Part shown: one piece after another, positions 25,070 to 36,949 of the stretch
Layout: every line of letters starts with the position of its first letter
Position numbering within the stretch: position 1 is the stretch's first letter
Assembly: GCA_010093815.1 (NCBI GenBank)
Contig: ML996571.1
Reading direction: 5' to 3' (one strand)
Length of the DNA stretch: 51,054 nt
Source: Pseudovirgaria hyperparasitica
Lineage: Eukaryota
Notes under the pieces: model-generated
Databases searched by the model: none
Told to the model about the DNA's origin: nothing
What the model saw: only the letters and a program-made list of their open reading frames with translations
Position numbers and translations under genes: made by a program

Positions 25070-25255
25070 ATGCCACCACTAAACCCACTTGCCCTATCAC
25101 GAGGCTGGGCCACCGTGAAAACTGTCTCACTCAGCACCGGCGCCATCATTGGGATCTCTGCAGTGGCGGTTCTTTTTGCGCTCCTGATTCTGTATTTGGT
25201 TGTGCAGCACTGCAAGCGTCATCGTGTTCAGAAATATGGGCCGTACCAGATCTAA
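25070..25255 (+). CDS. Possible 61-aa single-pass membrane protein
   Basis: ATG at 25070; LSTGAIIGISAVAVLFALLILYLVV followed by basic KRHR matches the common fungal 'LS.GAI.GI' TM anchor pattern. Confidence 0.4.
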   Translation: MPPLNPLALSRGWATVKTVSLSTGAIIGISAVAVLFALLILYLVVQHCKRHRVQKYGPYQI

Positions 25256-26407
25256 TGTTCAACGCGTTTGGTGTATGGACACGCATATTTTTGTATTTGG
25301 ACGGTCGATCGATGGAGACTGCTGGCCAGAACGTACTCAGGCGAGGAAGGAGCGAAGGAGTGGAAGATTATGTGAGATGGAGTTGTCTACATGACACCAG
25401 ATGGTACGATTTCCATTCAGAGTTGTTGTACTTGCCGTGTTTGAGTGGAGTATACCCCTGTAGTTCAAACGACATCTTTTCCTCGAAACTTCTGTCCGAA
25501 TGCTTCTTCAAAGCACCCCATCTCCCACCAGTCGATCCCAGATATCACGGCTCGTCCAGAACACCCCTAAAGCGCTGAATACATCATTGACAGTGTCGTC
25601 GATTCTTCGGATACACCAGACCCGTCGGATACAAATCCTGATCCACTTATTGACCGACACAATAAACAGAACGAAAGTGCACCTCACCATTCATGCAGGT
25701 CGAGATTGCCTTAAAAATCAACCGCGAACAAACTTATACTGATTTGGAGCGCATCTGGACTGGAACAGACAGCTTTCAGCTCGCAAGCGAGTGTTTCCAG
25801 AAGAAAAAACCAGACAGAGCCATCATCGTCGAACGTCTCAATGGGGGAGAGGGGTAACGAGCCCAGTGAAATAGGAAATAAATGTACACACTGTCGAGCA
25901 CCGTGGTGGGGAAGTGGGGCACAGTTAAGATAGAAGAGGAAGAAAAGAGCTCTATCATTGAATGTCTAGGTAGCGAAGGGAAGAATAGGCGATGGTACAT
26001 CCCTATCGCTACATACTGGAGCCCTTTAATGCTTGGAAGAACATCTTCCTTCCTGGACACGCTCCTGACTGGGACTATCCGCATGAGCCCTATACACCGA
26101 AACTACTGAGAAGAGGAAGTAGAAGAGCTTCATCGTAGAGTATCTTACCCAGGTGTAGAAGTGTCACAGTCCCATGGTACTGCACCTCCCACGAACCCCC
26201 AGCGGAAGTTCCTGGAACCCCATAATTTTCTTTCATATACCACACAGAGGATCCAAGAACCGTTCACGCGCACACAAACAGACCTCAGAAAACAGTGCAC
26301 CATCCCAGGTACCCACAGCAATAACCCCCTCCCACCTCCGATTGGTCCCTCTGCCCACAAATAAGTAAGTGAACAACCCATCATCATCAAACTTCCCAGG
26401 CATATGC

Positions 26408-27160
26408 CGAATTCAAGAGCCAGTCAAATTGCGAGCGCATTCTAGAGCGGGACTACCAGCTATTTTCACGTTCACTCGTATCCTTCACTTCCTATAACCC
26501 CTTACTGATCCTGGCCTCGTCCTCTATTGGCCAGCTCATTCTTGAAAACGGTAATAGCCTACACGATCGTGTCTCGTCTGTTTAGAAACCTCGAATTCAA
26601 GAGCCAGTAATATCGCGAGCGCATTCTGGCGCGGGACTACCCGCAATCTCCACGTTCACTTCTACCCTTCACACCCTACGACCCTATACGACCCCTGACG
26701 CCCCTCCTCCATTGGCTAACTTCCTCTTAAGAAGGGTAATAATCTACACCATCGTGCCTCTTCTGTGCGAAAACCTCGAATTTAACAGCCAGTAATATTA
26801 CGAGCGCATTCTGACGCGGGATTACCCGCTATCTTCACGTTCACTCATTTCACTTATATCCCAATAAACAGTCACACCACCCAATTGGCCAACCCACCCT
26901 TGAAAACGGCAACAGCCTACACGACCGTGTCTCGTCTGTCCAAAAACCTCGAATTCAAGAGCCAGTAATATTGCGAGCGCATTCTGGCGCGGGACTACCC
27001 GCCATCTCCACGCGCTCTCCTTTCACTCCTCTTCCATCACCACGTCATACCACCCCATTGGCCAAACCGCTTTTAGAAACGGCAACAGCCTACTCGATCG
27101 TGTCTCTTCTACGTAAAACAAGCGCGAGTTCAAAGACCAATCATATGCCGAGCGCATCTG
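26408..27160. repeat. Diverged tandem array of ~173-185 bp units (4 full units plus a degenerate fifth start)
   Basis: The motif cgaattcaagagccagt..gcgagcgcattct..gcgggactacc recurs at 26408, 26592, 26777, 26950 and, degenerate, at 27125. Confidence 0.9.
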
Positions 27161-28070
27161 ATTTTCGCGACGCCCACGTGGTGGTGTTTATTACCCAATC
27201 TCTCTCTCCCTGAACCTGGACCCACATTCCACTTCGCTCCCAACCTAAAACCTAGTCGATCGTATATACGACGAGCGCAATTCTCGAGATTTCTATCTGA
27301 AGTCTAGCGCTTCAGAATCCATGGGTCGTTTTGCGTTTATATCTGCTTTGTTTTACTTTTTTCCGACCTCGTTGCTATATCATGTTTGCGCCTTGCGCCT
27401 TGTGCCTTGGACCTCGTTTCCCTCTTCCTTGTTCCTTGTCTGCCACTTCTGCTTTTGCGTGATATATGGATGTACAGTATACACGAACGCGCGTAAGTGA
27501 CGCACGTGGTGTTATTGTGGGTTCTCGTGACGGTGTGGCATTATTTCCATGGCTAGAGTCATAGAAGATTACCACCTACAAGATTCAAATTTCCACGCAC
27601 AGCTAGCTAGTTTGGCTTGGATACAAGTTCTTCATTTGCTATGTTTTGCTTTTGGTAGTGACATGCGTCTTTTTGCTCTTCATCTATCTATTGAGTGGTG
27701 GTATTGCAGCAGAAGTTGCAATGATGTCTAGAAAGAACAAATCGTGGCATCATGTGTGTGTGTGAGCCAGGTCCAGGGAGGCATTGTTGGGCCGCCCATT
27801 GAACTAACCACCGAAAAAACGCCAATTGACCAATGCAATGTTCCAGATTCTGCCTCTATCCATCTACCGTAAGAAGGTCATGTATATGAGACGACACTGT
27901 AAAGCCGCATGATGTGTCTATCGACGACTGCCGATCGTCGTCAATCATCCATATACCTCGCTCAAGATTTCCATTTCCGTTTTATCCACGGAGGCATAAA
28001 ATCATTTTCAAGCCGTTAACTATTCAATCAAGTCAGCTATAATATCTGCGCAATATTTTGCATGCATCGA

Positions 28071-31000
28071 TCAGAATAAGTGAGGATCTGAAGCCGGCTC
28101 GCCACCATACGCCAGCTCCTTGAAACCCTCGGGTACTGTCCACCCGTGTGTTCGGCAAGCACGAATGTAAGCCTCGACCGCCTCACCAATAGAGTAGTCG
28201 CGTGCTGGTCCCGGCTCGAGTCGTGCTGGTCGGGGATCTAAGCTGCTCATTGCGAGGCGCACTTGTAGGAGAACGGACTCAATTGACGAGACGGCAGACC
28301 AGCCAGTATTGGTGAGCAGTTCCATACATAAGGCGCCACCGGCTGTGACGTGTCCACCACCACCTTGTTGGAAGCCTAGAAACCGAGGACGAACAACGCG
28401 GACGAATGGTGGGGACATTGGGTAATCTTTTCCAAAGCGAAACTCGAGGACAACGGATCTGAGATCCTTCTTCTTCATGTCTTTCGCTAGAGGTAGATGG
28501 GATTCGAACGAGTGGAGCTCGATAATCCACTGGTACATGTTGTTGATATGATCAGGATTGATGTACCATCCAAGTTCGTGCAGGGGTTCCTTGGCTTGGA
28601 CTTTCAGAACAGCCTTAAAGTCTTGTTGGAGTCTTCTAGTAGCCGAATGAGTGGCCCACATAGGCTCAATGAGCTTTGGGAGAGACTCAGCATCAAGCTT
28701 GCCCGGGATGAAATCGGTTTGCGATATCTCGACAGTTGTGCCACTATCGTTTGACGGCTGTGAAAGATGTATAGAGCTCTCCTCTTCCCGGAATATCTCA
28801 AGGTCCTCTTGCAAAGTGTTGACACTTGCAGTGTCATCAAAGTCAATATCAATGTCTTCCTCGATTGATATTGGGTCACTCTTCTGGCCTGACCCCTTTA
28901 GTCGCTTGAAACCTGCCTTGATCGACGCCGATAGAGGATTCGATCGCTTCCGTTGCGTGTTTGCTTTCGCTGGGATGACAATTTTGCCGCCCTCACCCTG
29001 GGGAGTCATCACTGGGTCCTGGGCCTGTGCTTCCGTAGGAGCTATGACGACGTTCAGCGGATCTGCCATCGATGGAGACTTGACGAAGAGGTAACGCGTC
29101 TGAATCCAGTCTACATGCTGAACAACAAGATGAGGATTTCTGGACTGAAATTCATCGGGCGCATTGACAACCTCGTTGAGGGCTATGGCGGAAGAGATCT
29201 TCAGCTCGCTGCTCGGCCAGACACGGGGACTAGCCCCATTCCTGCTGTAGGTGCTCATATGAGAATAGCCTAGGCTAGTTCGCGCATCGAGTGAGTGATA
29301 TACTCCATCGCCAAACGCACGTCCATGTGCGATGTTCTTGAAGTGTAGACCTTCTCTGATGATACCGTGCCAATTGTTCAGCGCGCTCCCGTGCCAAGCA
29401 TAGAGTGTTGGATACGTGAGTGATTTTCTCTGCATAGTAGTCTGTACTGCATTGAGGAATCGTCTTTCCTTGTCCTAGGGTCGGGTTAGTACGGTTTCAT
29501 CAGCCATCGACAGGGCTTTGAGGCTTACTGGCGCGCCCATCGCAAATCTAAACTGTGTCCAACCGTCCATGCCGAACACTCGCTCGTCTCTTCTGTTTGG
29601 ATCACCATTGCCACTCTCGCACTCTACAATGCAAGCTCTACTAGACGCAATGATCCAACGCAAAAGACTTATAGCAGCAGGCGGTACGCGATCTATCCAG
29701 CTAGCTAACGACGCCACGCCCTTGCGTTGAAGATAATCTTTCATTTCGGGAACGCCAGGTAGGATGTCGAGTAGACTGCTTATTGCACCCCTCTTGTCGT
29801 CGTCGTTGAGATCATCAAAGTTTCGATTATAAGGGTATAAATTCACCTTCTGAGGATTCAGCGGAATTGGAGAAGGGGTCTGCGGATATGGAGGGGAGTT
29901 GACTCCTGGTCTTGGCTGCTGGGCAGCGGCTGATTTTGCTGACGTATCGGGGGCTTGCACGAACTCCGATAGAGTGACGACTGGGAAATAGGTAGTTTCG
30001 ATGACCCGGGCGTGAAGAGCGGCCTCTATCTTTGGAATTCGCACGACTATCCAATCACCATTTCGGATAGGGCAAGTTATTTCTGATTCAAAGGTCAACT
30101 GTCGAACACTGTGGTCGTATTTGGCGACCATGTGCGGGCCTGTGCCGGGGTAACTTGCTGCGAAATCCATATTGGTACTGAGTGAGCTGGAAGCTGGCGG
30201 CGGGACCAGAAGACTCAGCCCACTTGGGAAGCTGTTCAAGCCGCCTCCGGTGGCGCTGACATAACAAAAGGATATGAGCAGATCAACAACTTTATGTTGT
30301 GCTAGGATCTCATGCTCAATGCTGGGACCGAAGCCAAGAGACATGTATTGATAGAGACAGAGCGGATTGTCGCACACATACGGCTTGATGGCCTCGAGAT
30401 CGTTAGGAAGCTTGCGGAAACAGACGAGACAGAACTCAGTACAGCGTACGAAATGGCGGAGTGTAGCTTGCATGGCTATGAGTGGAAAAGAGTGGCGCTG
30501 GTTGGCCGAGACGTCATGTATATGGTCTGCTCGGACGATGCTAGGGAAAGTTGCAGCAATATGTTCTTCAGCGAGATATCTGTCATCCACAAGGCTTGAG
30601 CGGATCTCAGAAGTTGCCATATGATCAGCTAGGAATTCTTCTGCGCCACCCCAAGCCATTCTGTTGTATCTGTAAGAAATTATCTTGATCAAACGTTCGT
30701 TTAAAAACTCGTTTAGCGGACCAGATATGAATGCATTCCTGAAGCCGAGATTCAAGTCTGATGGCTGGAAGCCTGTATTTGAATTTGCCTGGTTTTTTGC
30801 TTCGTCTTTTGCCAGGGATGTGAAGGCGTGGACAGCTTCTGGTAGTGTTGGTTTATACGTGTTGCTCACTCCAACTCGGATCTCCAAGGCCCTACGACAG
30901 CTCTTAGAGCCTAGCTTCAATAGCGCGTCTATGGAGTGATAGCCGTAGGGATAGTGTAGTACCAAAACAAGATATTCCGAAGCTTTGACCTGCCAGGCTT

Positions 31001-31777
31001 GCATTGCTTCGCAAGAGATGCCTAATTTTCCAACTCGAACAGATAAGGTGACGTAGCAAGGACCTCCATCGAGGAGTTGAGCTAGTGCTCCCACTTTGAA
31101 ACCTGCTGCTTTTGCCATGAGGAGATCAGATCGTATGCGAGAACGAAATGGCAAGGTTGATTCAATCATCAATTGTCCTGACGAATGTCCAGTGTGATTT
31201 GGAAGTCGTAGGGAGAGCATCTCGTCTGGAAAGTAGTCCTCGCCCTCATCCTCGTCGCTATCATCCTGGCCACTGTCGAGTTCATCTTCTTCAAGATCAC
31301 TATACGCTTCCTGTGAGTCTGGCATCTCGACGTCATCGTCTAGACGCGATTGTGTGGCTTTTGCGACGATGTGTAGCAGTTTCTGCACAGATTTGCCCGC
31401 GGTTTGCTCGAATAAATCGCCAAGCTTCATAGCAATGGCAGCGGGGGCAGTGTCTGGGGCGATGAAAAAGCAGGAATGGCTTGAGGGATAATCCGAAACA
31501 TCTATAGGGCTGGTCAACTTCCAGTTTCTGGTAGAATGTGCTGATACGACAACAAGACTGGAGATGTAGGAAGCATTGAAGACACTGGTCGTCGATCTAG
31601 AAGACCTGACATACCTGATATCTTTGCAACAAGCTCAATGTTCGCTGAACCGACTACATTATCCACGGTAAAGACAAATTCGCCATCATCGTCGCCTTTG
31701 TGTACATCGCGGATACCGTTAATTGCTGTGTTCTCAATAACCTGCGTGAGGTCGGCGATGAAGGCCTTGCGTGGCAT
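28071..31777 (-). CDS. PARP-like ADP-ribosyltransferase fused to a C-terminal UBE2Q-like ubiquitin-conjugating domain (PARP6/8-related fungal type); exons 31777-31615, 31501-29529, 29474-28071
   Basis: Cys cluster CTEFCLVC..PYVCDNPLC; ART motifs YAWHGS..NWHGIIREGL..GRAFGDGVY..SLGYS; E2 motifs YPMSPPFVRVVRPRF..HVTAGGALCMELL...GW. Two GT-AG introns join three ORFs in frame. Confidence 0.88.
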
Positions 31778-32867
31778 TACGGAAAACGGTGTGTGATTGA
31801 GCTTGAACAACCGCAGTCAACTGGACTGAGAGAAGATTTGGGATAGAAAGATTGGCCGGTGAAAGAGGGGGGAATGCCATCAACGTCGTGGGATATGTCG
31901 TTGGATGAGAAAGTAGAGGATTGAGTCGCGTGTAAAAAGAGTTCGGGCGCGTCAAGTGAGCGCCTGCCGTGCCTGGAAGATTGGTGAACAATGTTTCTGG
32001 TACAGTGCGATTTCAGGCCCGTACTTTGTTGAGAAAAGCGTATTATGTTATACGTGCTCTGATTTCGTAGGTGACTAGACACAACGATGGGTTTAGACGT
32101 GGAATGCCACGGAACTGACTGTACGATCTGATATGGCAAAAGTGACCGCAATTCGTCTGTCTTTTATTGCCTAAGATCTGGCAGCCAGAGAAACTGAGAC
32201 GTCTCGAGGATGGCGAGCCACACAACCCTGGAATGAATCCCACCCGAGGAAAGCAATAACACTCGATAGTGACGGTCAAGCAAGGAAGAGGTAAGGAGCG
32301 TTGAAGTTATAGAGGAGGAACTCGCGAACTTCAAGAGGAGAGAAGGTCGAAGTGAGGGCAACAGACGATCCAGACAAGATGATAATGAGGAGGGGAGGTC
32401 AAGGCATGGCAACAGGCAGCAAACAGGAACAGGAGCCGAATCTAACAGTGGCGGTGCACTGTATGTTGTCACGTCCACTTAGATGCACGGCGAGGCAGCA
32501 ATGATAGCGGTCACGCTGAAGACGAGAGAATAGGACAACGAAAAGAGAGAGATTCGAGTGCATATGTGCGCACAAATAGAGAAATGAATTCGTGGGATTG
32601 GGACGCGAGAACGAGGTAAACACGTCGATTTCCAGGCCGCCATCACAGCAGCCGGGGAAATGCCCCTAATTAACTACAGTTGAAGCAGCAATTTAGCGGC
32701 CGATACCCCCCGCAGTCACAGCCACAGATAGCCACAGACTGCCCCGCCACAACCCCTCCAGCCTCACAAGAGTCAAGCCACGCTAAACGTTCTCCCTCCC
32801 GTCTTGACAAGCTTCACGAACCTATTCATTAGGTAGTCCCAAACCTCCAAACACCCATACGCAAACA

Positions 32868-33980
32868 ATGGCCGTCGATACCACTACTACTACCACTACC
32901 ACTACTACTCCTACCAAATCAATACACCTCGCAGACCCCTCCCTCGCGCCCTTCCTCAACCCCACCTTCGACGCCGCAACATACTTCAACACCGTCCTCC
33001 CAACCCTATCCCTCACCTCCACGACGACCACGACCTCTAATCGCCAATCTCAACCTCCTCCCACCACACCCACCGCCTCCCTCGCCGAACTATCCACCCA
33101 AACCCAGACTCTCCTCTCCCAACTCACCGCCCAGACAACCCGCCTCTCCACCATCCTCACCCAACTCACAGACGATATCCTACGCTCCGGCGCCCGTCTC
33201 GCATATCAAGTCGAGCTCCTGCGCGGCGAAACCATCAGCTTGACCGACACACTCGCCGGCCCACTCTCCAGCACCATCGAGACCTTCGTCCCAGGCGGAT
33301 TCGCAGCTGCTCAGGAGACCACACCTGAAGCACACCAGCACCAGCCAGAACCCTCGCCATCCGCACCCAATTCCCCGCCGGCCATCGATACCGACGCCAA
33401 CGCCACACCCACACCCGCACCCACATCCGCCCCAAAACCAACCACAGACCCAGAATACATAACCTCCCTCCGCACCCTCACCCTCGTGCGCACCCGCCTC
33501 GAGTCCGTAATCCAAACCTTCGGCGACGCCATGCAATGGACCCTGCCGCCCTCCTCCATCAACACCACATCCTCGCTAATCTCCGTATCCGCGCCCGAGC
33601 CAGGCTCCTCACACGCCTCAGCGGAGGAAAAGGGCCGGGCGTTTGCCGAGAAACTGCGGAATGAGATTGGTGATCTGGTCGTGCTCGGAGAGGACGGTCG
33701 GGGCCAGAAGGAGGGAGAAGCGGGTGGGTATGAGGCTGCGTTGGTGCGGATTGATGGGTTGAGGGAGCTTGCGGGCGTGTGGAAGGGTACGGCGGAGGAG
33801 AAGGCTAGGGCGAAGTTTGTGGAGGATCTGGCGAAGCTGGCAAGGGAGAGGATGAAGACGTTGGAGGGAGGGGCGGGCAAACAACAGCGGAGAAGGCAGA
33901 GTTCTGCGGCGGCGAGACAAGGCACTCAGAGTGGGGGAGGATTCCTGGACAGTCTGCAGCGGATGAGGGGCAATTTCTAG
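32868..33980 (+). CDS. Hypothetical helical protein; N-terminus resembles COG/exocyst-type tethering subunits
   Basis: Intronless 370-aa ORF with strong codon bias. PFLNPTFDAATYFN followed by a coiled coil resembles CATCHR-subunit N-termini (inference only). Confidence 0.7.
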   Translation: MAVDTTTTTTTTTTPTKSIHLADPSLAPFLNPTFDAATYFNTVLPTLSLTSTTTTTSNRQSQPPPTTPTASLAELSTQTQTLLSQLTAQTTRLSTILTQLTDDILRSGARLAYQVELLRGETISLTDTLAGPLSSTIETFVPGGFAAAQETTPEAHQHQPEPSPSAPNSPPAIDTDANATPTPAPTSAPKPTTDPEYITSLRTLTLVRTRLESVIQTFGDAMQWTLPPSSINTTSSLISVSAPEPGSSHASAEEKGRAFAEKLRNEIGDLVVLGEDGRGQKEGEAGGYEAALVRIDGLRELAGVWKGTAEEKARAKFVEDLAKLARERMKTLEGGAGKQQRRRQSSAAARQGTQSGGGFLDSLQRMRGNF

Positions 33981-34136
33981 GACCCACTCTCTTGTCGAGA
34001 CTGGTTTGATATATAGGGGACTGGAGGATTGTATATACAAAATTACTCCTTCACACTCGCATCACGCTCAACGTGATGCGCACAGGCTAGAATGAGACAA
34101 AACACGGCCATCTATCCATCTACACAGCACAAGACC

Positions 34137-35341
34137 TCACTCCTCACCATCACCACCACCAACCGCCCTCTTCCTCACCTCCACCTTCTCCACCTCCACA
34201 CTCGCATGTCCTCTCTCATCCAGTCCCCTCGCCACCTCCGTCGTACTACTCACGCCCTCCTCATCCGTATCCACATCAATCCCTTGCACAACAACGGGCT
34301 CGCTAACGCTCCTATCGCGCCGCTTCCCGACCGCCTTGGTGCCGAACGGAGGCTCAAACCGGGTGCGAATCGTGGCAATCATCTTGCCAAACCACACAAA
34401 GTTCAGAGTATTGAGCGTGATGTTGGCTGCCAGATACGCGCCAGCCAGCCACACAGGCGTGGCCTGGTCTTTGGGGGCGACAAAGCGCAGGCGGTCGAGG
34501 GCGCCGAGGGAGGAGCCGAGGGGTTCTCGCGGGTGCATGGTGGCGGTGTGTGTGAGGCCGCGGTAGATGTCGGCGAAGACGAGAAGGGTCTGGTAGGAGC
34601 CCCAGATGAGACGACAGGAGAAGAATGTGACTATGAGGATGACGCCGTTGCAGAGTTGGAGGGTGGAGCCAGTGAGAGAGAGTTTGTCACAGAACCAGTG
34701 GATGTTGAGGAAAGGGGAGGAGAGTTCATAGAGGATGAAGATGGGTGCGTAGAAGTTTACGAAGGGGCGCTAGAAGCAACCTATCAGTATATGTGTCCGT
34801 GACTCGATCTGAAGATGCACAGGGAGGGACTCACAAATCCGAGCGCATACACTCCCAGCGCACTCACCGCATGCGCCAACATCCCCAAACCAAACACCTT
34901 CAGATACCGCACACTAACCCATAGATCCCACACAAAATAGCCCGTTGCAAATGCTTGAATCATGCCCTCTGCCCCGGTGTATCCCCAAATACGCTCCTTC
35001 CACGCCTCACCAGACCTCACGCCCATCTCCCCCCTTGCCTCATTCTTCTCGCTCCACAACACCCACAGCGCCAGCACATTGATCAGGCAGCTCTGCACGA
35101 AGCTGACCACGTGCACGTCCCAGTTGATGCGCGTGCGTCTATTGAAGAAGGGGTATGTGCGCGGAAACAGACGGGCGGACAGCCACGGCGAAACGACAGC
35201 GCCAATGAGCTGGTATGCGACTGCGACGAAGAGGATCTCGTGGATGTGCAGATGAAGAGTTTGGAGGCCGTAGTAGTCGGCAAAGGGCTTGATGGCACGC
35301 GCAAGAAACGGCGGGCAGGAGAAGGGAAATGGGTCTCGCAT
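34137..35341 (-). CDS. TLC (TRAM/LAG1/CLN8) domain membrane protein, TMEM56/Tda4-like; exons 35341-34835, 34769-34137
   Basis: NWDVHVVSFVQ, GYFVWDL, LAHA, RPFVNFY..LYELSSPFLNIHWF, LNFVWFGKMI; intron GTGAGT..CTGAT..TAG. Confidence 0.88.
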
Positions 35342-35769
35342 GGCGGTTGGTGGAGGGGCAGTAGGTTCGCGGATGCTGAAGTGGTTCTGCACGCTGGAGC
35401 TCGAGTATAGGTGGATTGTCGTATGTCTGTTCCGAGGGAGAGTCGAGGACACTGCGGAGAGTGATGACGAAGGAGATTTTAAAAGATGCTAGGGAAGGGA
35501 AAAGTGAAGAGCGGTCAAGACATGTAGGTCATGTACGAGACAGAGACACGAGTGAAGGAGGCTGGCGGATCCGTTTGTCCATAGTTACATGGGAAAGCTT
35601 GGCGCCCGATGCACGTCTGTGCCACCAACACGCGTTTTTATATATAATTAATATTTTACGGCATCATCACCATACTACACGTATATAGAGTCTATAACTA
35701 TATAATATAGTATATAAGAGTTAGTATATATAATATTTAGTATTTTTAACTTACTAATATATATATATA

Positions 35770-36930
35770 TAGTACCCCGGGGTGTTATCTATCCCGATTC
35801 CGTATATAGATGAATTAACTTCCTTCTATAATATAATATATCTATTAATAAGATTATTACTATTACTAAAGTTAGTAAGAATATAGTATATAGAACGAGG
35901 TTTAACCTTAAGATATATAGATAGAGAAATAAACCGCGGTTAATGCGTCGTGGTCCACCTCGTTAACTAAGCGATTATATAATATAATAACTACTTAAGA
36001 GACTACTTTATAAGGGCTGGCTATACCTTAATAAGATAGCTAGATAGATATATAAAGAGTTTAATCTTACTATATCTAAATAGCTTCTATCTAAAGAGTT
36101 ATCTAAGTAAGGGTAGAATTATAAGCTATTAAAATATATTAGTAGTACGCGCTTAGAGATAGTATATACTTTATACCTTAAGGATATCACGGAGCTACTA
36201 GTAGACTTATATATCTTCTTAGATAAGGTTATTTTTAATAAGAAAATTAGATAGAGGCGTCGAGCTAGAGTACTAAAAGGATAGACTCTAACTAAGATTA
36301 GTACTCTTAATTAAGGACCTATATATAGCGTATATAGAGCTATTATAGCTAATAGTTTTATCTACTATTAGATAAAGGAAGGTTATTTCTTAATGGATAA
36401 GTTCTATACCTAGCTATAAATATACCTATTACCTACCCTTAAGGTAAAATACCCTAGGCGTATAATAATAATTATTATAGATAATCTCGTACTTTATATA
36501 AACTAATAGATTAAGCTACTTATACTTAGCGCTAGCTATATTATATAGTATACGCTACTATACTTACCTAACTTTAATTCTATTAAGCTTATATAGATGG
36601 TAATAAAGGTATAGATTTATAGATAGTATATCTAGATATATTAGTAATCTCGAACTTTTAAGGACTTCCTCTATATTATATTTATATATAGCTATACTAA
36701 TTAGTAGGCTCTATACTTCTTTAAATATACTATAGATAGATACTATATTAATGAGACGCTCTAGTAGAAGGTAGTTACTAATTTAGAGAGCTTTAGATAA
36801 GGTAGAGATAGTAGAGAGGTTACTAAAGTTAAGGAGATTAGGAGACTTTTTTACGAACTCGTTAAGTAACTTACTTATTACTAACTTACTAATAAGTAAG
36901 TTACTTAGCTAGCTAGTAATAGTCTATATA
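35770..36930 (+). mobile_element. RIP-inactivated Tc1/mariner (IS630-Tc1, DD34E) DNA transposon relic; ends approximate
   Basis: One frame gives FLDK (de-RIP FLDE, 36216), IIIDNL (36471) and YLPNFNSIK (de-RIP YSPDFNPIE, 36561). The second D and the E are separated by 34 codons. TIRs were not identified. Confidence 0.75.
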
Positions 36931-36949
36931 TATATCCGTTTTAGATACT

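Noticed and set aside
26408..27160. CRISPR-like or 5S rRNA interpretation of the repeat/spacer array
   Set aside because: The host is a eukaryote, the repeats are ~130 bp and diverged, no cas genes are present, and the core does not resemble the fungal 5S rRNA or tRNA sequences I know.
33180..35492. Long antisense and alternative-frame ORFs over the 32868 and TLC genes (and similar ones over other genes)
   Set aside because: They are shadows of GC-rich, codon-biased real genes.
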